Shown: piece after piece, positions 51,964 through 63,685 of the stretch
How the letters are laid out: the number at the start of each line of letters is the position of its first letter
Numbering within the stretch: the stretch's first letter is position 1
Source of the DNA: a bacterium
Lineage (GTDB): Bacteria; SM23-31
Assembly: GCA_965221205.1 (NCBI GenBank)
Contig: OZ244870.1
Location: 1,374,782 to 1,438,781, forward strand
DNA length: 64,000 bases
Direction of reading: 5' to 3'
Made by a program: the position numbers and the translations under genes
Notes under the pieces: model-generated
Seen by the model: the letters and a program-made list of their open reading frames with translations, nothing else
Databases searched by the model: none
Told to the model about the DNA's origin: nothing

Positions 51964-52461
51964 CTGATACTGTTTATGCATTTACTCCATGAATATCTAT
52001 ACAAATAATTGTCTATGTGTATGACATCACAAATAATGTCATATTTCAACACTAACCCAATTTATTCTCTTTTTGATAATTGATATGAGGAATGTCAGAT
52101 GTAGATACTCGGTTACACAAAGATTCAATTTATGAGACGACTGCAAATTTTCGTGCAGTGTTCGTAACATCACTTCATACTGGTTCCTGAATTCTCGAAT
52201 AGAAGTCGATATTTCAATGTAATTGCCCGCTGGAACAACTTCTTGGTGTTTAAATGATTCAAAAATCATTTAAAAAAATGAATCTTTTTCTTACAGTTGA
52301 TGTCCTGATTTAACGAGCATCGCAGGATATAAATAAAGATAGTTGAAAATTTATAGCGTACCCAGAGCATTCAAAAGTATGAATCGTATAATGAAAAACA
52401 GTATTTACTGGAGGCGATTAATGTTAGAACTGTATAGCAATCATACTATGTATAAGGAGAA

Positions 52462-55400
52462 ATGATTATGAAAAGAATGCAATTAAATGAGCTTGTTTTT
52501 GTGGCGTATTTCATAGTGCTTTTCACTATAGCGCAGCCGGGCGATCTTCCGGCGCAAAATGTTTCTGAACTTCTTGAATCGACTGCAAATAATCTTCATT
52601 TTCGAAATATCGGTCCCGCCATCATGGGGGGAAGGATCGATGACATAGCGGTTGTGGAGAGCGATCCCTATACCATATATGTTGGGACCGCTGCCGGAGG
52701 TCTATGGAAAACAGTCAATAACGGAGTGACCTGGCGGCCGATATTCGACGATCAGAAAACGAGTTCTATCGGTGCTGTCTCCATAGCGCCATCCAATCCG
52801 GAAATACTCTGGGTAGGAACTGGTGAAGCGAATAACCGGCAAAGTTCATCTTGGGGTAGTGGTGTGATGAAAAGTTATGACGGGGGAACTACCTGGAAAC
52901 ATACCGGTCTGGAAGATACACATCATATCGGCGGGATAGCTATTAATCATACTGATCCGGATGTCGTTTTTATTGCTGCTGCCGGGCACCTTTGGGGACC
53001 GAACGAAGACCGGGGGCTATACAGAACGCTCGATGGGGGTGATACCTGGGATAAGGTACTGTATACCGATAAAGATACCGGCTGTATCGACGTTATGATG
53101 GATCCGTCGAACAATAAGATCATCTACGCGGCAATGTATCAGCGGAGAAGAAGAGGATGGGGATTTATCGGCGGTGGATCCGGAAGTGGTCTATATAAAT
53201 CAGTAGACGGTGGATCGACATGGAAGCAATTGACCAATGGACTTCCGGACGGAGATACCGGCAGGATAGGCATCGATATTTACCTAAAGGATCCGAATGT
53301 AGTGTATACCACATATGAGAACAAAAATGGTGGCGTTTTTAGATCCGAAGACAAAGGCGAATCGTGGGTCAAAATGAGCGATACCAATCCACGACCGATG
53401 TATTATAGCACTATCAGGATAGATCCGAATAACGATCAGAGGATATGGATGCTCGGTGCACAGATGTTTACATCGGTGGATGGAGGCAAGATATTTGTTA
53501 CCGATGTTGTCTCGAGGATACATGGAGACCATCAGGCACTCTGGATCAATCCGGCAAATTCGGATCACATGATTATTGGATCGGATGGCGGTATTTATTT
53601 TTCATATGACAGAGGCCTGACATGGGACTTCATCAATACGCTGCCGCTGGCACAGTTTTATGAGATCGGGTACGATATGCGAGAACCGTATAATGTATAC
53701 GGGGGATTGCAGGACAACGGAAGCTGGCAGGGACCATCAGCAACGAAAAACCGTATTGGTATAACCAATGACGATTGGTTCACTGTCGGGGGAGGTGACG
53801 GTTTTTACACGCAGATTGAACTCACCGATCAGGAACTGCTCTATCTCGAGAGCCAGAACGGTGAATTGATGTTCTTCAATCTTAATACTAAAGAAAGTAA
53901 ATTCATTTATCCCGAACCCGGTGACGGTGAAGAGTCGTACAGGTTCAACTGGAATTCTCCGATAGTGGTGTCGTCACACAATTCTGATATAATTTACTTT
54001 GGCGGTAATAGACTGTTCAGATCAGGAGATAAAGGAATCAACTGGACGAGAAGTAAAGATCTCACTAAACAAAAGAACAGGAAAGAACTGCCGTTCATGG
54101 GAATGCTTCCCAACGAGAATAGCCTTTCGCTCAATGACGGAACTACTTCATACGGAAATATCATAACGATCGCTGAATCACCAGTGACGCAGGGTGTGCT
54201 TTGGATAGGTACCGATGACGGGAATGTACAACTCACCCGTGATGACGGCGCGACATGGACAGATATGACCGAAAAATTTCCCGGTTTACCTGATGATACA
54301 TACGTCAGCAGAATCGCTGCGTCCTATTTTGACGAATCGCGTGTCTATGTAACGTTTGACGGTCATCGGAACAACGATTTTAAGCCCTATGTCTATGTTA
54401 CGGACAATTTCGGGCGCACTTGGCGTTCGATAAACAGCGGCTTGCCTGAGGGTGGTACCGTTAATGTAATAAGAGAACACCACAGGAATCCTGATCTGTT
54501 GTTCATCGGAACGGAGCGTGAAGCATATTTTTCAATCAACCGGGGAATCTCATGGACAAGGTTCAAAAATATCCCGGTCGTTCCGGTTGACGATATTGCA
54601 ATTCACCCCCGTGAGAATGACCTGATCTTCGGAACTCATGGAAGGAGTATCTACATTCTCGATGACATCACTTCACTTGAATTGCTCACTGAGGATGTTC
54701 TGGCAAGAGAAATGTATCTTTTTCCTGTCCGTGATGCAGAACGATTTCAATTTTATAACGGTAAAGCTAATCCCGGATTTAAAATTTTCACCGGTGAAAA
54801 TCCCGAATTTGGAGCGCTTATCACCTACTATTTAAATACTCACCTCGATACCGATGATGAAGTTTTAATCAACATCTATTACGATACAAGTTCAGTCCGT
54901 ACACTGAAGGGTTCGAAAGTGAAAGGTTTCAACAGAATCGCATGGGATTTACGCTCGGAAAGTCTCGATGACGATGGCCGTAGCCGGGCACCCTTCGTTC
55001 TTCCTGGTGATTATACGATCGAATTATCGGTGAAGGGAATGAAGGAAACAGTAGCGGTCAGAGTAAAACTCGATCCTCGGATATCGGTTACGATGACCGA
55101 TTTGCAGGCACAGCGTTCGGCAGCATTAAGGATTCACAGGATGGAAGTCCTTTCATCGTCAGCAGAGAGAAAAATTCATGATCTTCAAAAACAGGTGACT
55201 GAGATATCCGAATCAGAGAAATCGTTGCAGGTTCTCGGTTCGGTGTCTGATGAGATCCGGTCGCTATCGGATAATCTTCAGAATCTCAACACTCAACTGA
55301 GAGGAGAAGGGCAGAGGATCAGTGAACGATCTATCTTGAGATTGATCGGAAATCTTGAAGAAAATATTAACGGATATACTGCGGCTCCGACTTCGAGACG

Positions 55401-55560
55401 GTTGGAACAAATTGGATCTTTAGAAATGAAACTTGATTCGATTCTTGACAATCTGAACCGGATAATAACAGTGGAGATCCCCGCGGTCAACAGGAAATTA
55501 AATGAATACGGAGCACCATTTCTGGATCCGGGTTCAATTATTGAATTATCCGGCAGATGA
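52462..55560 (+). CDS. secreted BNR/Asp-box repeat protein (sortilin/VPS10- or sialidase-like beta-propellers) with C-terminal coiled coil
   Basis: Signal peptide, about 10 SxDxGxTW Asp-box motifs (SYDGGTTWK, TLDGGDTWD, SVDGGSTWK and others), and a C-terminal heptad-rich region. 1032 aa. Confidence 0.7.
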   Translation: MIMKRMQLNELVFVAYFIVLFTIAQPGDLPAQNVSELLESTANNLHFRNIGPAIMGGRIDDIAVVESDPYTIYVGTAAGGLWKTVNNGVTWRPIFDDQKTSSIGAVSIAPSNPEILWVGTGEANNRQSSSWGSGVMKSYDGGTTWKHTGLEDTHHIGGIAINHTDPDVVFIAAAGHLWGPNEDRGLYRTLDGGDTWDKVLYTDKDTGCIDVMMDPSNNKIIYAAMYQRRRRGWGFIGGGSGSGLYKSVDGGSTWKQLTNGLPDGDTGRIGIDIYLKDPNVVYTTYENKNGGVFRSEDKGESWVKMSDTNPRPMYYSTIRIDPNNDQRIWMLGAQMFTSVDGGKIFVTDVVSRIHGDHQALWINPANSDHMIIGSDGGIYFSYDRGLTWDFINTLPLAQFYEIGYDMREPYNVYGGLQDNGSWQGPSATKNRIGITNDDWFTVGGGDGFYTQIELTDQELLYLESQNGELMFFNLNTKESKFIYPEPGDGEESYRFNWNSPIVVSSHNSDIIYFGGNRLFRSGDKGINWTRSKDLTKQKNRKELPFMGMLPNENSLSLNDGTTSYGNIITIAESPVTQGVLWIGTDDGNVQLTRDDGATWTDMTEKFPGLPDDTYVSRIAASYFDESRVYVTFDGHRNNDFKPYVYVTDNFGRTWRSINSGLPEGGTVNVIREHHRNPDLLFIGTEREAYFSINRGISWTRFKNIPVVPVDDIAIHPRENDLIFGTHGRSIYILDDITSLELLTEDVLAREMYLFPVRDAERFQFYNGKANPGFKIFTGENPEFGALITYYLNTHLDTDDEVLINIYYDTSSVRTLKGSKVKGFNRIAWDLRSESLDDDGRSRAPFVLPGDYTIELSVKGMKETVAVRVKLDPRISVTMTDLQAQRSAALRIHRMEVLSSSAERKIHDLQKQVTEISESEKSLQVLGSVSDEIRSLSDNLQNLNTQLRGEGQRISERSILRLIGNLEENINGYTAAPTSRRLEQIGSLEMKLDSILDNLNRIITVEIPAVNRKLNEYGAPFLDPGSIIELSGR

Positions 55561-55658
55561 AAGTAACAGCAGGCAATCACAGATTAGTTTTAAGAACGAA
55601 TACTTGTGTATCAACAGGTCCATAAATAACCTGATCAAAGTAAATCTGGAGAAAACTT

Positions 55659-56545
55659 ATGAAAGCAATAGTATACACAAGATATGGACCATCTGATGTT
55701 CTTCAGCTCAAAGAAGTAGAAAAACCTACTCCCAAGGACAATGAAGTATTGATAAGGGCGTATGCGACAACAGTAACGTCAAAGGAGTGCGCCTTTCGAG
55801 AAAGGGTGACCAATTTGCTGCAAGACTTTACACTGGTCTCATAAGACCCAAAAATTACTATACTAGGAGAAGAGCTAGCTGGGGAAATTGAAGCAGTAGG
55901 CAAAGATGTAAAGCGATTTAGAGAAGGTGACTAGATTTCTGGATGTATCGGTACCAGTTTTGGTGCTTATACCGCGTACATATGTCTGCCAGGAGAAGGA
56001 GTACTGGTGATAAAACCGGCCAATATGACCTATTAAGAATCCGCATCAATGGTGCCCCTGGAAGTATAGGTACTTTCTCGGTACAGCTTGGCAAGTACTT
56101 TGGGGCGGAAGTTACAGAGGTATGCAGTACCACGAATTTAGAATTGGTGAAATCTCTGGGAGCCGATAAGGTAATTGATTACATTCAAGGGGATTTTACC
56201 AAAACCGGCCAGACCTATGATATTATTTTTGATTCAGTAGGCAAGAGTTCATATTCACGCTGTAAAAGCTCGCTAAAGCAAAGAGGGGGTTTATCTTTCA
56301 ACTGTCTTTTTGCTGCCAATTATTCTTCAAGTGTTATGGACTTCAAAGATCGGCAGCAAAAAGGCAATGATTGCGGCTACAGGTTTGAGGCTAGCAAGCG
56401 AAAAGACTAAATATCTACTCTTCCTCAAAGAGCATATTGAGGTGGGAAAGATAAAACCGGTCATAGATAAACGCTATCCGCGTTGGAACAGACTGCCGAG
56501 GCTCACAGGTATGTCGACAAAGGGCACAAAAAGGGAAATGTAGTA
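55659..56545 (+). pseudogene. zinc-type alcohol dehydrogenase / quinone oxidoreductase (MDR family), multiply disrupted
   Basis: N-terminal MKAIVYTRYGPSDVLQLKEVEKPTPKDNEVLIRAYATTV. Later fragments in other frames: [52 protein letters not shown]. Many stops and frameshifts. Confidence 0.55.
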
Positions 56546-57286
56546 ATAACTGTGGAACATAATAACAAAACCTAACAGAGCGTTGCAGTTGACGACGTGG
56601 AGCTGTGGTTTTTAATAATGTTTCTGAGTTGCGATAGGTTTGGTTGGTCGGACGCCAAGACCCCCCTCCCCGCAACTGAACTTAGGTCGTTATGTGCAGG
56701 AAAATTGAATATGACTGTGTCGGTTCAGAATCTGTTGGACATTTAGGAGTCTAAAGTTAAGAGACAGTTTGATTTTGCTATAGTGTTTGGATTAGCAGAG
56801 CTGTTGAGAGAATATCCAGCGAATGCAAAACTAAACATTTTACAACTCAGTATCACCCGTACAACCAATCGAATTCCATTTCGGCTTTGCTCAATTTTTT
56901 GACTCTTCAACCAACTTGTCTATTCGTTATAAATCTTCTTAATGGAAAATAAAATTTGAAAAGTTTTTTTGTTTTGGTAGTTGAAGAACTGTCTATGTAG
57001 GTGGTATATGACTGAATAAGAACAGTTTAGAATCAGAAATAACTCTTGTTCTTGCCAAAGGTTTTTATAATATTTAATTCAAAGTATTTGAAGGTTTTGA
57101 TGACGAACAACCTATAGAAACATTTTTAATCGTAATGGAAATAACATTTTGCTGTGCTCGAACAAAATTGTATTGAATACTATAACAGTGAAAAGCTACT
57201 GGAGTTATATTACACGATACACGATGGCCCATTTTTAACCTGAATACTTAATTTGTTTAAATACTGGAAATGCTGAATTTGCCAAT

Positions 57287-58717
57287 TTGGAGACCGATAT
57301 GAGTGAGCAAAACTTTGGAATGATTGGATTAGGTGTCATGGGGCGAAATCTTACCATGAATATCGAAAGAAATGGATTCTCGGTTGTTGGATTCGATAAA
57401 TATATAAACAAAGAAAATACTGCTCTCAAAGTTTTTGAAGGGAAAGACATAATTGTAACACAGTCGATAGGAGAATTACTCAAAAATCTTGAAAAACCAC
57501 GTATTATAATGATACAGGTGCCAGCAGGAAACCCTGTCAATTCTGTAATAGGTGATCTCAAACCGCATTTATCTCGTGGTGATGTTATAATCGATAGTGG
57601 TAATTCTTTTTTTAAAGATACAAATCTGAGAAATGAAGAATTAAAAAAGGATAAAATTCTTTATATAGGAGCCGGAGTCAGTGGAGGTGAAAAAGGTGCA
57701 CTGTACGGCCCATCAATAATGCCGGGGGGAAATCCTGATGCATGGCCGATAGTTAAACCTATTTTTCAAGCAATATCCGCAAAAATGGATAACGGAACGC
57801 CATGCTGCGACTGGATTGGTAGCGGTGGAGCCGGACATTTTGTCAAAATGGTTCACAACGGCATTGAATACAGCGATATGCAGATGATTTGCGAAGCATA
57901 TTTTCTTATGGATAAATTCCTGAAGTTAACTTCTGAAGAAATGAAGGATATATTTGCAGATTGGAATGAAGGTGAGTTGAAAAGCTATTTGATTGAAATT
58001 ACCAGCAGAATTATGGCAAAAAAAGATCCAGGAACAGGGAAACCTATGATAAATATAATTCTTGATACTGCCGGTCAAAAAGGAACTGGAAAATGGACGA
58101 GCCAGACTGCACTTGATTTGGGAATTCCCGCACAGACAATCGCAGAAGCTGTATTTGCAAGAACATTGAGCGCAGCTAAAGAAGAACGAGTAGTTGCTGC
58201 TAGAGAATTACAGGGCCCGTCGAATAAATTTAAGGGAAATAAAAAGGAATTTATTGAAAAAATCAAAAAAACCCTTTACGCGTCAAAAATATGCTCTTAT
58301 GCACAGGGTTTTCAGTTAATACGGGCTGCTTCGAAAGAGTATAACTGGAATATAAATGTTGGAAATTTAGCAATGATCTGGCGTGGAGGATGCATAATCC
58401 AAGCTCAATTTCTGGATAGAATCATAGATGTGTATGATAGTAATCCGAATATTCCAAATTTACTATTGGATACCTATTTCAAATCGGTTATGGAATCGTA
58501 TCAAAATGCTTGGAGAGACGTTGTTGTTCAAGCAATTAATTTAGGGGTACCGGTTCCAGCATTCAGCAGCGCATTATCCTATTACGACAGTTATCGAAGC
58601 AGTCGATTACCAGCAAATTTACTCCAGGCCCAAAGAGACTATTTTGGTGCACACAAATATGAACGTGTAGATAGACCGCGAAATCAGTTTTTTCATACAG
58701 ATTGGTTGAAAGATTAG
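57287..58717 (+). CDS. gnd: 6-phosphogluconate dehydrogenase, decarboxylating
   Basis: GMIGLGVMGRNL Rossmann motif and 6PGD C-terminal domain motifs. The real start is probably MSEQNF at 57299. Confidence 0.9.
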   Translation: METDMSEQNFGMIGLGVMGRNLTMNIERNGFSVVGFDKYINKENTALKVFEGKDIIVTQSIGELLKNLEKPRIIMIQVPAGNPVNSVIGDLKPHLSRGDVIIDSGNSFFKDTNLRNEELKKDKILYIGAGVSGGEKGALYGPSIMPGGNPDAWPIVKPIFQAISAKMDNGTPCCDWIGSGGAGHFVKMVHNGIEYSDMQMICEAYFLMDKFLKLTSEEMKDIFADWNEGELKSYLIEITSRIMAKKDPGTGKPMINIILDTAGQKGTGKWTSQTALDLGIPAQTIAEAVFARTLSAAKEERVVAARELQGPSNKFKGNKKEFIEKIKKTLYASKICSYAQGFQLIRAASKEYNWNINVGNLAMIWRGGCIIQAQFLDRIIDVYDSNPNIPNLLLDTYFKSVMESYQNAWRDVVVQAINLGVPVPAFSSALSYYDSYRSSRLPANLLQAQRDYFGAHKYERVDRPRNQFFHTDWLKD

Positions 58718-58792
58718 ACCAGTCTTATATAATTGTTCTTAAAATAATTTGTATAAAACAAATATTTTAATTAATTTCTTGCAGGAAACCTC

Positions 58793-60058
58793 ATGATTAT
58801 TGGGACAGGTTCACGGGACGATTTGCTTTCCGAAAAAATAATTTTAGAACTATGTAAAGAGGCTTTCTCTAAAAAGAATCTTAATAATAAACGTGTTCTT
58901 GCAATTATTCCCGATAATACTCGGACAGCACCCATCGACACTATGTTTAGAATAGTCTTCAATCTGTTGAAAAACCGAGTAAAGTCACTTGATTTTCTTA
59001 TCGCTCTCGGTACTCATCCCGCTCTGAGTGAAAAAATGATATATGAAAGAGTAGGTATCACCCGGAAAGAAAGGCAGTCTCTTTATGCTGATGTCAAGTT
59101 TTACAATCATGAGTGGAAAAATCTTGACCAGTTGCAATATATTGGAACAATCGATGAATGTGAGGTTGAAGAAATCTCACATGGATTAATGCGCCAAAAT
59201 GTGGATATAACGATCAATAAGCTTGTTTTTGGGTATGATGTACTTTTAATTATAGGCCCTACGTTCCCTCATGAAGTGGTAGGTTTTTCAGGTGGAAATA
59301 AATATCTGTTTCCTGGAATTGCCGGAGAGAAGACAATACATATGTTTCACTGGCTTGGAGCGCTCATTTCAAATCCATACATTAGTGGCATAAAAGACAA
59401 TTCTGTTCGACAGATAGTGGATAAAGCAGCTTCTTTATTACCCATGGAGCGGGTTTGCATGAGTCTTGTTGTAAAAGAAGAAGGTCTTGCGGGTCTTTTT
59501 ATTGGTATACCGGAAGAGGCTTATTCAGCTGCAGCAGATCTTTCAAAAGAAATACATATAATTTACAAAAATCATTCATTTAACAAGGTACTGACATGTG
59601 CTCCCGCGATGTATAAGGACTTGTGGACAGGCGGAAAGTGTATATACAAGCTTGAATCGGTAGTATCGGACGGTGGGGAATTGATAATGTACGCTCCGCA
59701 TATAACAGAAGTCTCCGTAACTCATGGGAAAATACTGGAAAACATTGGCTATCATGCCATGGATTATTTTATAAAAAATTCAACAAAATTCAACAATATC
59801 CCGGGAGCATTAAAAGCTCATTCAACTCATGTAAAAGGAATTGGTTCTTATGATAACGGCATAGAAAAATCTCGGATTAATGTGGTACTGGCTTCAAAAA
59901 TTCCTGAACAATTATGTAAAAAAATAAATCTCGGATATCGTGATCCGAATTCAATTCATATTGATGAATGGAAAAACCGTGAAGATGATGGAGTTTTATT
60001 TGTTTCTAAAGCAGGAGAAATATTATATCGGCTAAAAGAAGACCCATTCATAAATTGA
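58793..60058 (+). CDS. LarA-family (nickel-dependent lactate racemase-like, DUF2088) protein
   Basis: 421 aa. RVLAIIPDNTRTAP resembles the LarA N-terminal DxTR region. Overall LarA-like length and layout. Confidence 0.55.
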   Translation: MIIGTGSRDDLLSEKIILELCKEAFSKKNLNNKRVLAIIPDNTRTAPIDTMFRIVFNLLKNRVKSLDFLIALGTHPALSEKMIYERVGITRKERQSLYADVKFYNHEWKNLDQLQYIGTIDECEVEEISHGLMRQNVDITINKLVFGYDVLLIIGPTFPHEVVGFSGGNKYLFPGIAGEKTIHMFHWLGALISNPYISGIKDNSVRQIVDKAASLLPMERVCMSLVVKEEGLAGLFIGIPEEAYSAAADLSKEIHIIYKNHSFNKVLTCAPAMYKDLWTGGKCIYKLESVVSDGGELIMYAPHITEVSVTHGKILENIGYHAMDYFIKNSTKFNNIPGALKAHSTHVKGIGSYDNGIEKSRINVVLASKIPEQLCKKINLGYRDPNSIHIDEWKNREDDGVLFVSKAGEILYRLKEDPFIN

Positions 60059-60099
60059 AGCATTAATTTATTATCCTGCATAAAGAGTGTTCAAAAAAG

Positions 60100-61389
60100 A
60101 TGTCGAATAAAAATGTCATTATAGCCCAATCGGGTGGTCCAACAACTGTTATAAATAATACACTCCGGGGAATTATCGAAACCTGCAAAATGTTTCCGAA
60201 CAAATTCAGTAAAATTTATGGCGGTTATCATGGTATCGAAGGGATTCTCAAAGAAGAACTGATTAATATTTCTGCTCAAAGTAATGAAGAAATTCAATTA
60301 CTTAGAACAACTCCTGCTTCTGGATCTATCGGTACATGTCGATATAAATTAAAGAATAATCAGAAGGAAGATTTTAATCGAATCATTGAAGTGTTTAAGA
60401 CTCACAACATCGGATATTTTTTCTATATTGGTGGGAATGATTCTATGGATACTGCTCATAAAGTTGCACAACTTGCACACGATCAGGGCCTTGATGTAAC
60501 AGTAGTAGGTGTGGCAAAAACGATTGACAATGATCTTGGTGATTCCCAATTTAAATTGATAGATCATACCCCAGGCTACGGCAGTATTGCGCGGTATTGG
60601 GCTTATTATATACAAAATGTGAATGAAGAAAATCTTGGATCCAGTCCTTCTGATCCTGTTATGGTGATTCAAGTAATGGGGAGAAAAATTGGATTCATTC
60701 CGGCCTCTGCTCGACTTGCCGACTGTAATAGAGAACTACCACTCCAGATTTATATGCCGGAATCCAGTTTAAGCATTGATGAAGCCACTGATACTATAAA
60801 CGATGGACTCAATAAGAACGGGAGAGTCATTGTTGTTATTAGCGAAGGATTTGATGTTGGAAGTATTAAGAAAGTAAAAGATTCCTTTGGACATACACAA
60901 TATGGTTCAAGTGCAATATCCGCTCAACAGCTGCTTGTAAATCATCTCAACACGGTTGGAATAAATGCCCACGGTTCTGCCCGAGGGCAAATTTCAGGAA
61001 CTGACCAGCGTAATGCTATGATTTATGCTTCAACGATCGATCTTGACGAGTCATATAAAATTGGTCAGAATGCAGTCGTGATTGCAGTTAATCACGGTAC
61101 AGGATTTATGTCAACTATTCTCCGCAAAAACGGATTTATTTATGATGTTGAATATGATAGAGTATTATTAGAAACTGTAGCAAATTCAGAACGGAAATTT
61201 CCCGAACACTGGATCGCTTCGAACAGAATCGACGTAACGGATGATTTCATCAAATATGCACTCCCCTTAATCGGTGAAGATTGGGTGAGCATACCCTTAA
61301 TAAATGGAGTACAGCGATTCACACGTTTCGAGAAAATATTTGCTGATCAAAAACTGCCTCAATACATACCTCAAGCTTATCGACATTGA
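60100..61389 (+). CDS. pfp: 6-phosphofructokinase, probably pyrophosphate-dependent type
   Basis: QSGGPTTVIN (GGxxPGxN-like), GGNDS, and the MGR motif (VMGRKIG). 429 aa. Confidence 0.75.
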   Translation: MSNKNVIIAQSGGPTTVINNTLRGIIETCKMFPNKFSKIYGGYHGIEGILKEELINISAQSNEEIQLLRTTPASGSIGTCRYKLKNNQKEDFNRIIEVFKTHNIGYFFYIGGNDSMDTAHKVAQLAHDQGLDVTVVGVAKTIDNDLGDSQFKLIDHTPGYGSIARYWAYYIQNVNEENLGSSPSDPVMVIQVMGRKIGFIPASARLADCNRELPLQIYMPESSLSIDEATDTINDGLNKNGRVIVVISEGFDVGSIKKVKDSFGHTQYGSSAISAQQLLVNHLNTVGINAHGSARGQISGTDQRNAMIYASTIDLDESYKIGQNAVVIAVNHGTGFMSTILRKNGFIYDVEYDRVLLETVANSERKFPEHWIASNRIDVTDDFIKYALPLIGEDWVSIPLINGVQRFTRFEKIFADQKLPQYIPQAYRH

Positions 61390-61417
61390 TATACACTGAA
61401 TAGTATTATGGAGATTA

Positions 61418-62311
61418 TTGGCGATGTCTGATCCTCAGGCTGGATTGAAAGAACTAAAACCTGAACATGATTTTTTAGTTGCAATAGATTCGGATGGATG
61501 TGCTTTTGATTCAATGGGAATAAAACATAAAGAATGTTTTATTCCAAATATAATAAAATTTTGGAATCTTCAACCGGTTTCGAAATATGCGCGTGCGGCC
61601 GCTGAATTTGTGAATCTGTACTCAAAATGGCGGGGAACGAACCGTTTTCCAGCGTTGGTTAAAGTCTTTGAATTACTTCTTGATTGGCAGGATGTTAAAA
61701 ATCGAAATGCTGAAATTCCCTCCACTCTTTCTTTGATCGAGTGGATTAATAAAGAAACTAAACTGAGTAATCTTAGTTTAAAAGCCGAAGTAGATAAATC
61801 AAATGATCAAGTATTAGAAAATGCTTTAAAGTGGAGCGAATCTGTAAACTCATCAATAGAAGATATTGTCCAGGGAATTCCCCCATTTCCTTATGTCCGT
61901 GAAAGTCTGAAGAAAATCAGTCAATGGGCGGATATTATCGTATGTTCGGCAACTCCTTATGACGCGTTGAAACGTGAATGGGAAGAACATGCTATTGCTG
62001 AATACGCAAAGGTCATCGCTGGTCAAGAAATGGGAAGCAAAAAAGAGCATATACATTTAGCCTTGAATGGAAAATATGATAAAAATAAAGTTTTAATGAT
62101 CGGGGATGCACCTGGTGATAAAAATGCAGCAAAATTGAATGACGTGTTCTTTTATCCAATTAATCCAGGGCGGGAAGCAATATCATGGAAATTGTTTTTT
62201 GATGAAGTGAGTGACACATTTTTCAAAGGAAATTATACAATAAAACATGAATCAAGATTAATCGCTGATTTTGAAAAGCTTCTCCCCGAAATTCCACCCT
62301 GGAAAAAATAA
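61418..62311 (+). CDS. HAD-superfamily hydrolase-like protein
   Basis: AIDSDGC (DxDG motif I) and a later GDAPGD (motif IV-like). Confidence 0.45.
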   Translation: MAMSDPQAGLKELKPEHDFLVAIDSDGCAFDSMGIKHKECFIPNIIKFWNLQPVSKYARAAAEFVNLYSKWRGTNRFPALVKVFELLLDWQDVKNRNAEIPSTLSLIEWINKETKLSNLSLKAEVDKSNDQVLENALKWSESVNSSIEDIVQGIPPFPYVRESLKKISQWADIIVCSATPYDALKREWEEHAIAEYAKVIAGQEMGSKKEHIHLALNGKYDKNKVLMIGDAPGDKNAAKLNDVFFYPINPGREAISWKLFFDEVSDTFFKGNYTIKHESRLIADFEKLLPEIPPWKK

Positions 62312-62355
62312 CATAAAACATTGCTCGAACGCAAAATCGTAAACGATAATATTAT

Positions 62356-62380
62356 CTTTTCGAAGAAAAGTTGTTATTTC
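62356..62380. terminator. hairpin between the convergent HAD gene and dctM
   Basis: cttttc-gaa-gaaaag followed by ttgttattt. Confidence 0.4.
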
Positions 62381-63656
62381 ACCGAGCGAAAAATTCCGGT
62401 AAAAAGAGTACAAGGTCCGGAAAAAGAGCAAGTAATAGAGCTATTACAAACATAATACCCACAAAAGGCAAAACGGTCTTGGAAACACTATGTATTGTTT
62501 CGCCGGAAATCGAACATGCAATAAATAAGGTGACACCGACCGGTGGAGTTGCAAGCCCTATAGCAAGAACAAACACCATTAAAACACCGAAATGAATTGG
62601 ATTAACTCCAACTTGGACAACAGCGGGCAGTAATATCGGTACAAGTATTATCAATGCTGGAGTAGGATCAAGAAATGTCCCAATTGCAAGCAAAAAAAAG
62701 CATATAAATATCAGTAATATAGTTTGGTTTTGCGAAACTATGAGAAGTAGTTCGACAACTTTTTGGGGAATTTGCTCACTTGCTATTATCCATGCAAAAC
62801 TGAACGAGGTTGCTATGAGTAGCATGGACAAAGATGTTTTAACGGCAGTATCAAGAAAGATTGCAGATAGGTCTCTTAGTTTTAGCTTTTTATAGACAAA
62901 AAATCCAAGAATAAAACCATAAAACACGGCTAGTATTGCAGCTTCGGTTGGTGTAACGATCCCTCCGAATATTCCACCTAAAATAATCACGGGCATCATA
63001 AATGCAATGATTGAATCCTTGAACGAAAGGGCAATTGATTTCAGGCTCTGTTTTTGTCGTACAGGGTAATTGTTTTTTTTAGCAATAAAATACATTACGA
63101 ACATAAGAGCAAAACCGACAATAATCCCCGGAATAATACCTCCCAAAAATAAATCGCCGATTGAAGCCGAGCCGACAACACCGAAAATAATCATCGGAAT
63201 ACTTGGTGGAATTATAACTCCTATAGAACCGGCTGCTGCCTGTACCGATGTTGCAACAGGTTTGTCATATGAGTTCTTTATCATTGCTGGTATCAATACC
63301 GCACCGATTGCAGCTGTGGCCGCTGCTGCTGCACCACTCATGCTTGCGAAGAGCATCGCAGCCAGTATACATACCATTCCAATGCCACCGCTAATGTGCC
63401 CGATAACATTATCTGCAAATTTGATCAATTGTGACGATATACCACCATGTTCCATTAAGGAACCTGCAAGCATGAAGAAGGGAAGTGCCATTAACGGAAA
63501 TGAATCGCATGCGACAAACATGCGCTGGGCTAACAATGTTAATGGGATATCGCCGGCAAAAAGCAGTGCAATAAGTGATGTAAGCCCGATCGAAAATGCT
63601 ATGGGAACGTTAATGGTAAAGAAAAACAGAAGACTGAGTACTAGAATAATTTCCAT
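62379..63656 (-). CDS. dctM: TRAP transporter large permease
   Basis: 425 aa, about 12 TM helices, DctM-family motifs. Confidence 0.85.
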   Translation of the reverse strand: MEIILVLSLLFFFTINVPIAFSIGLTSLIALLFAGDIPLTLLAQRMFVACDSFPLMALPFFMLAGSLMEHGGISSQLIKFADNVIGHISGGIGMVCILAAMLFASMSGAAAAATAAIGAVLIPAMIKNSYDKPVATSVQAAAGSIGVIIPPSIPMIIFGVVGSASIGDLFLGGIIPGIIVGFALMFVMYFIAKKNNYPVRQKQSLKSIALSFKDSIIAFMMPVIILGGIFGGIVTPTEAAILAVFYGFILGFFVYKKLKLRDLSAIFLDTAVKTSLSMLLIATSFSFAWIIASEQIPQKVVELLLIVSQNQTILLIFICFFLLAIGTFLDPTPALIILVPILLPAVVQVGVNPIHFGVLMVFVLAIGLATPPVGVTLFIACSISGETIHSVSKTVLPFVGIMFVIALLLALFPDLVLFLPEFFAR

Positions 63657-63685
63657 ATTATTAATACCGGATCAACCAAAAACTC

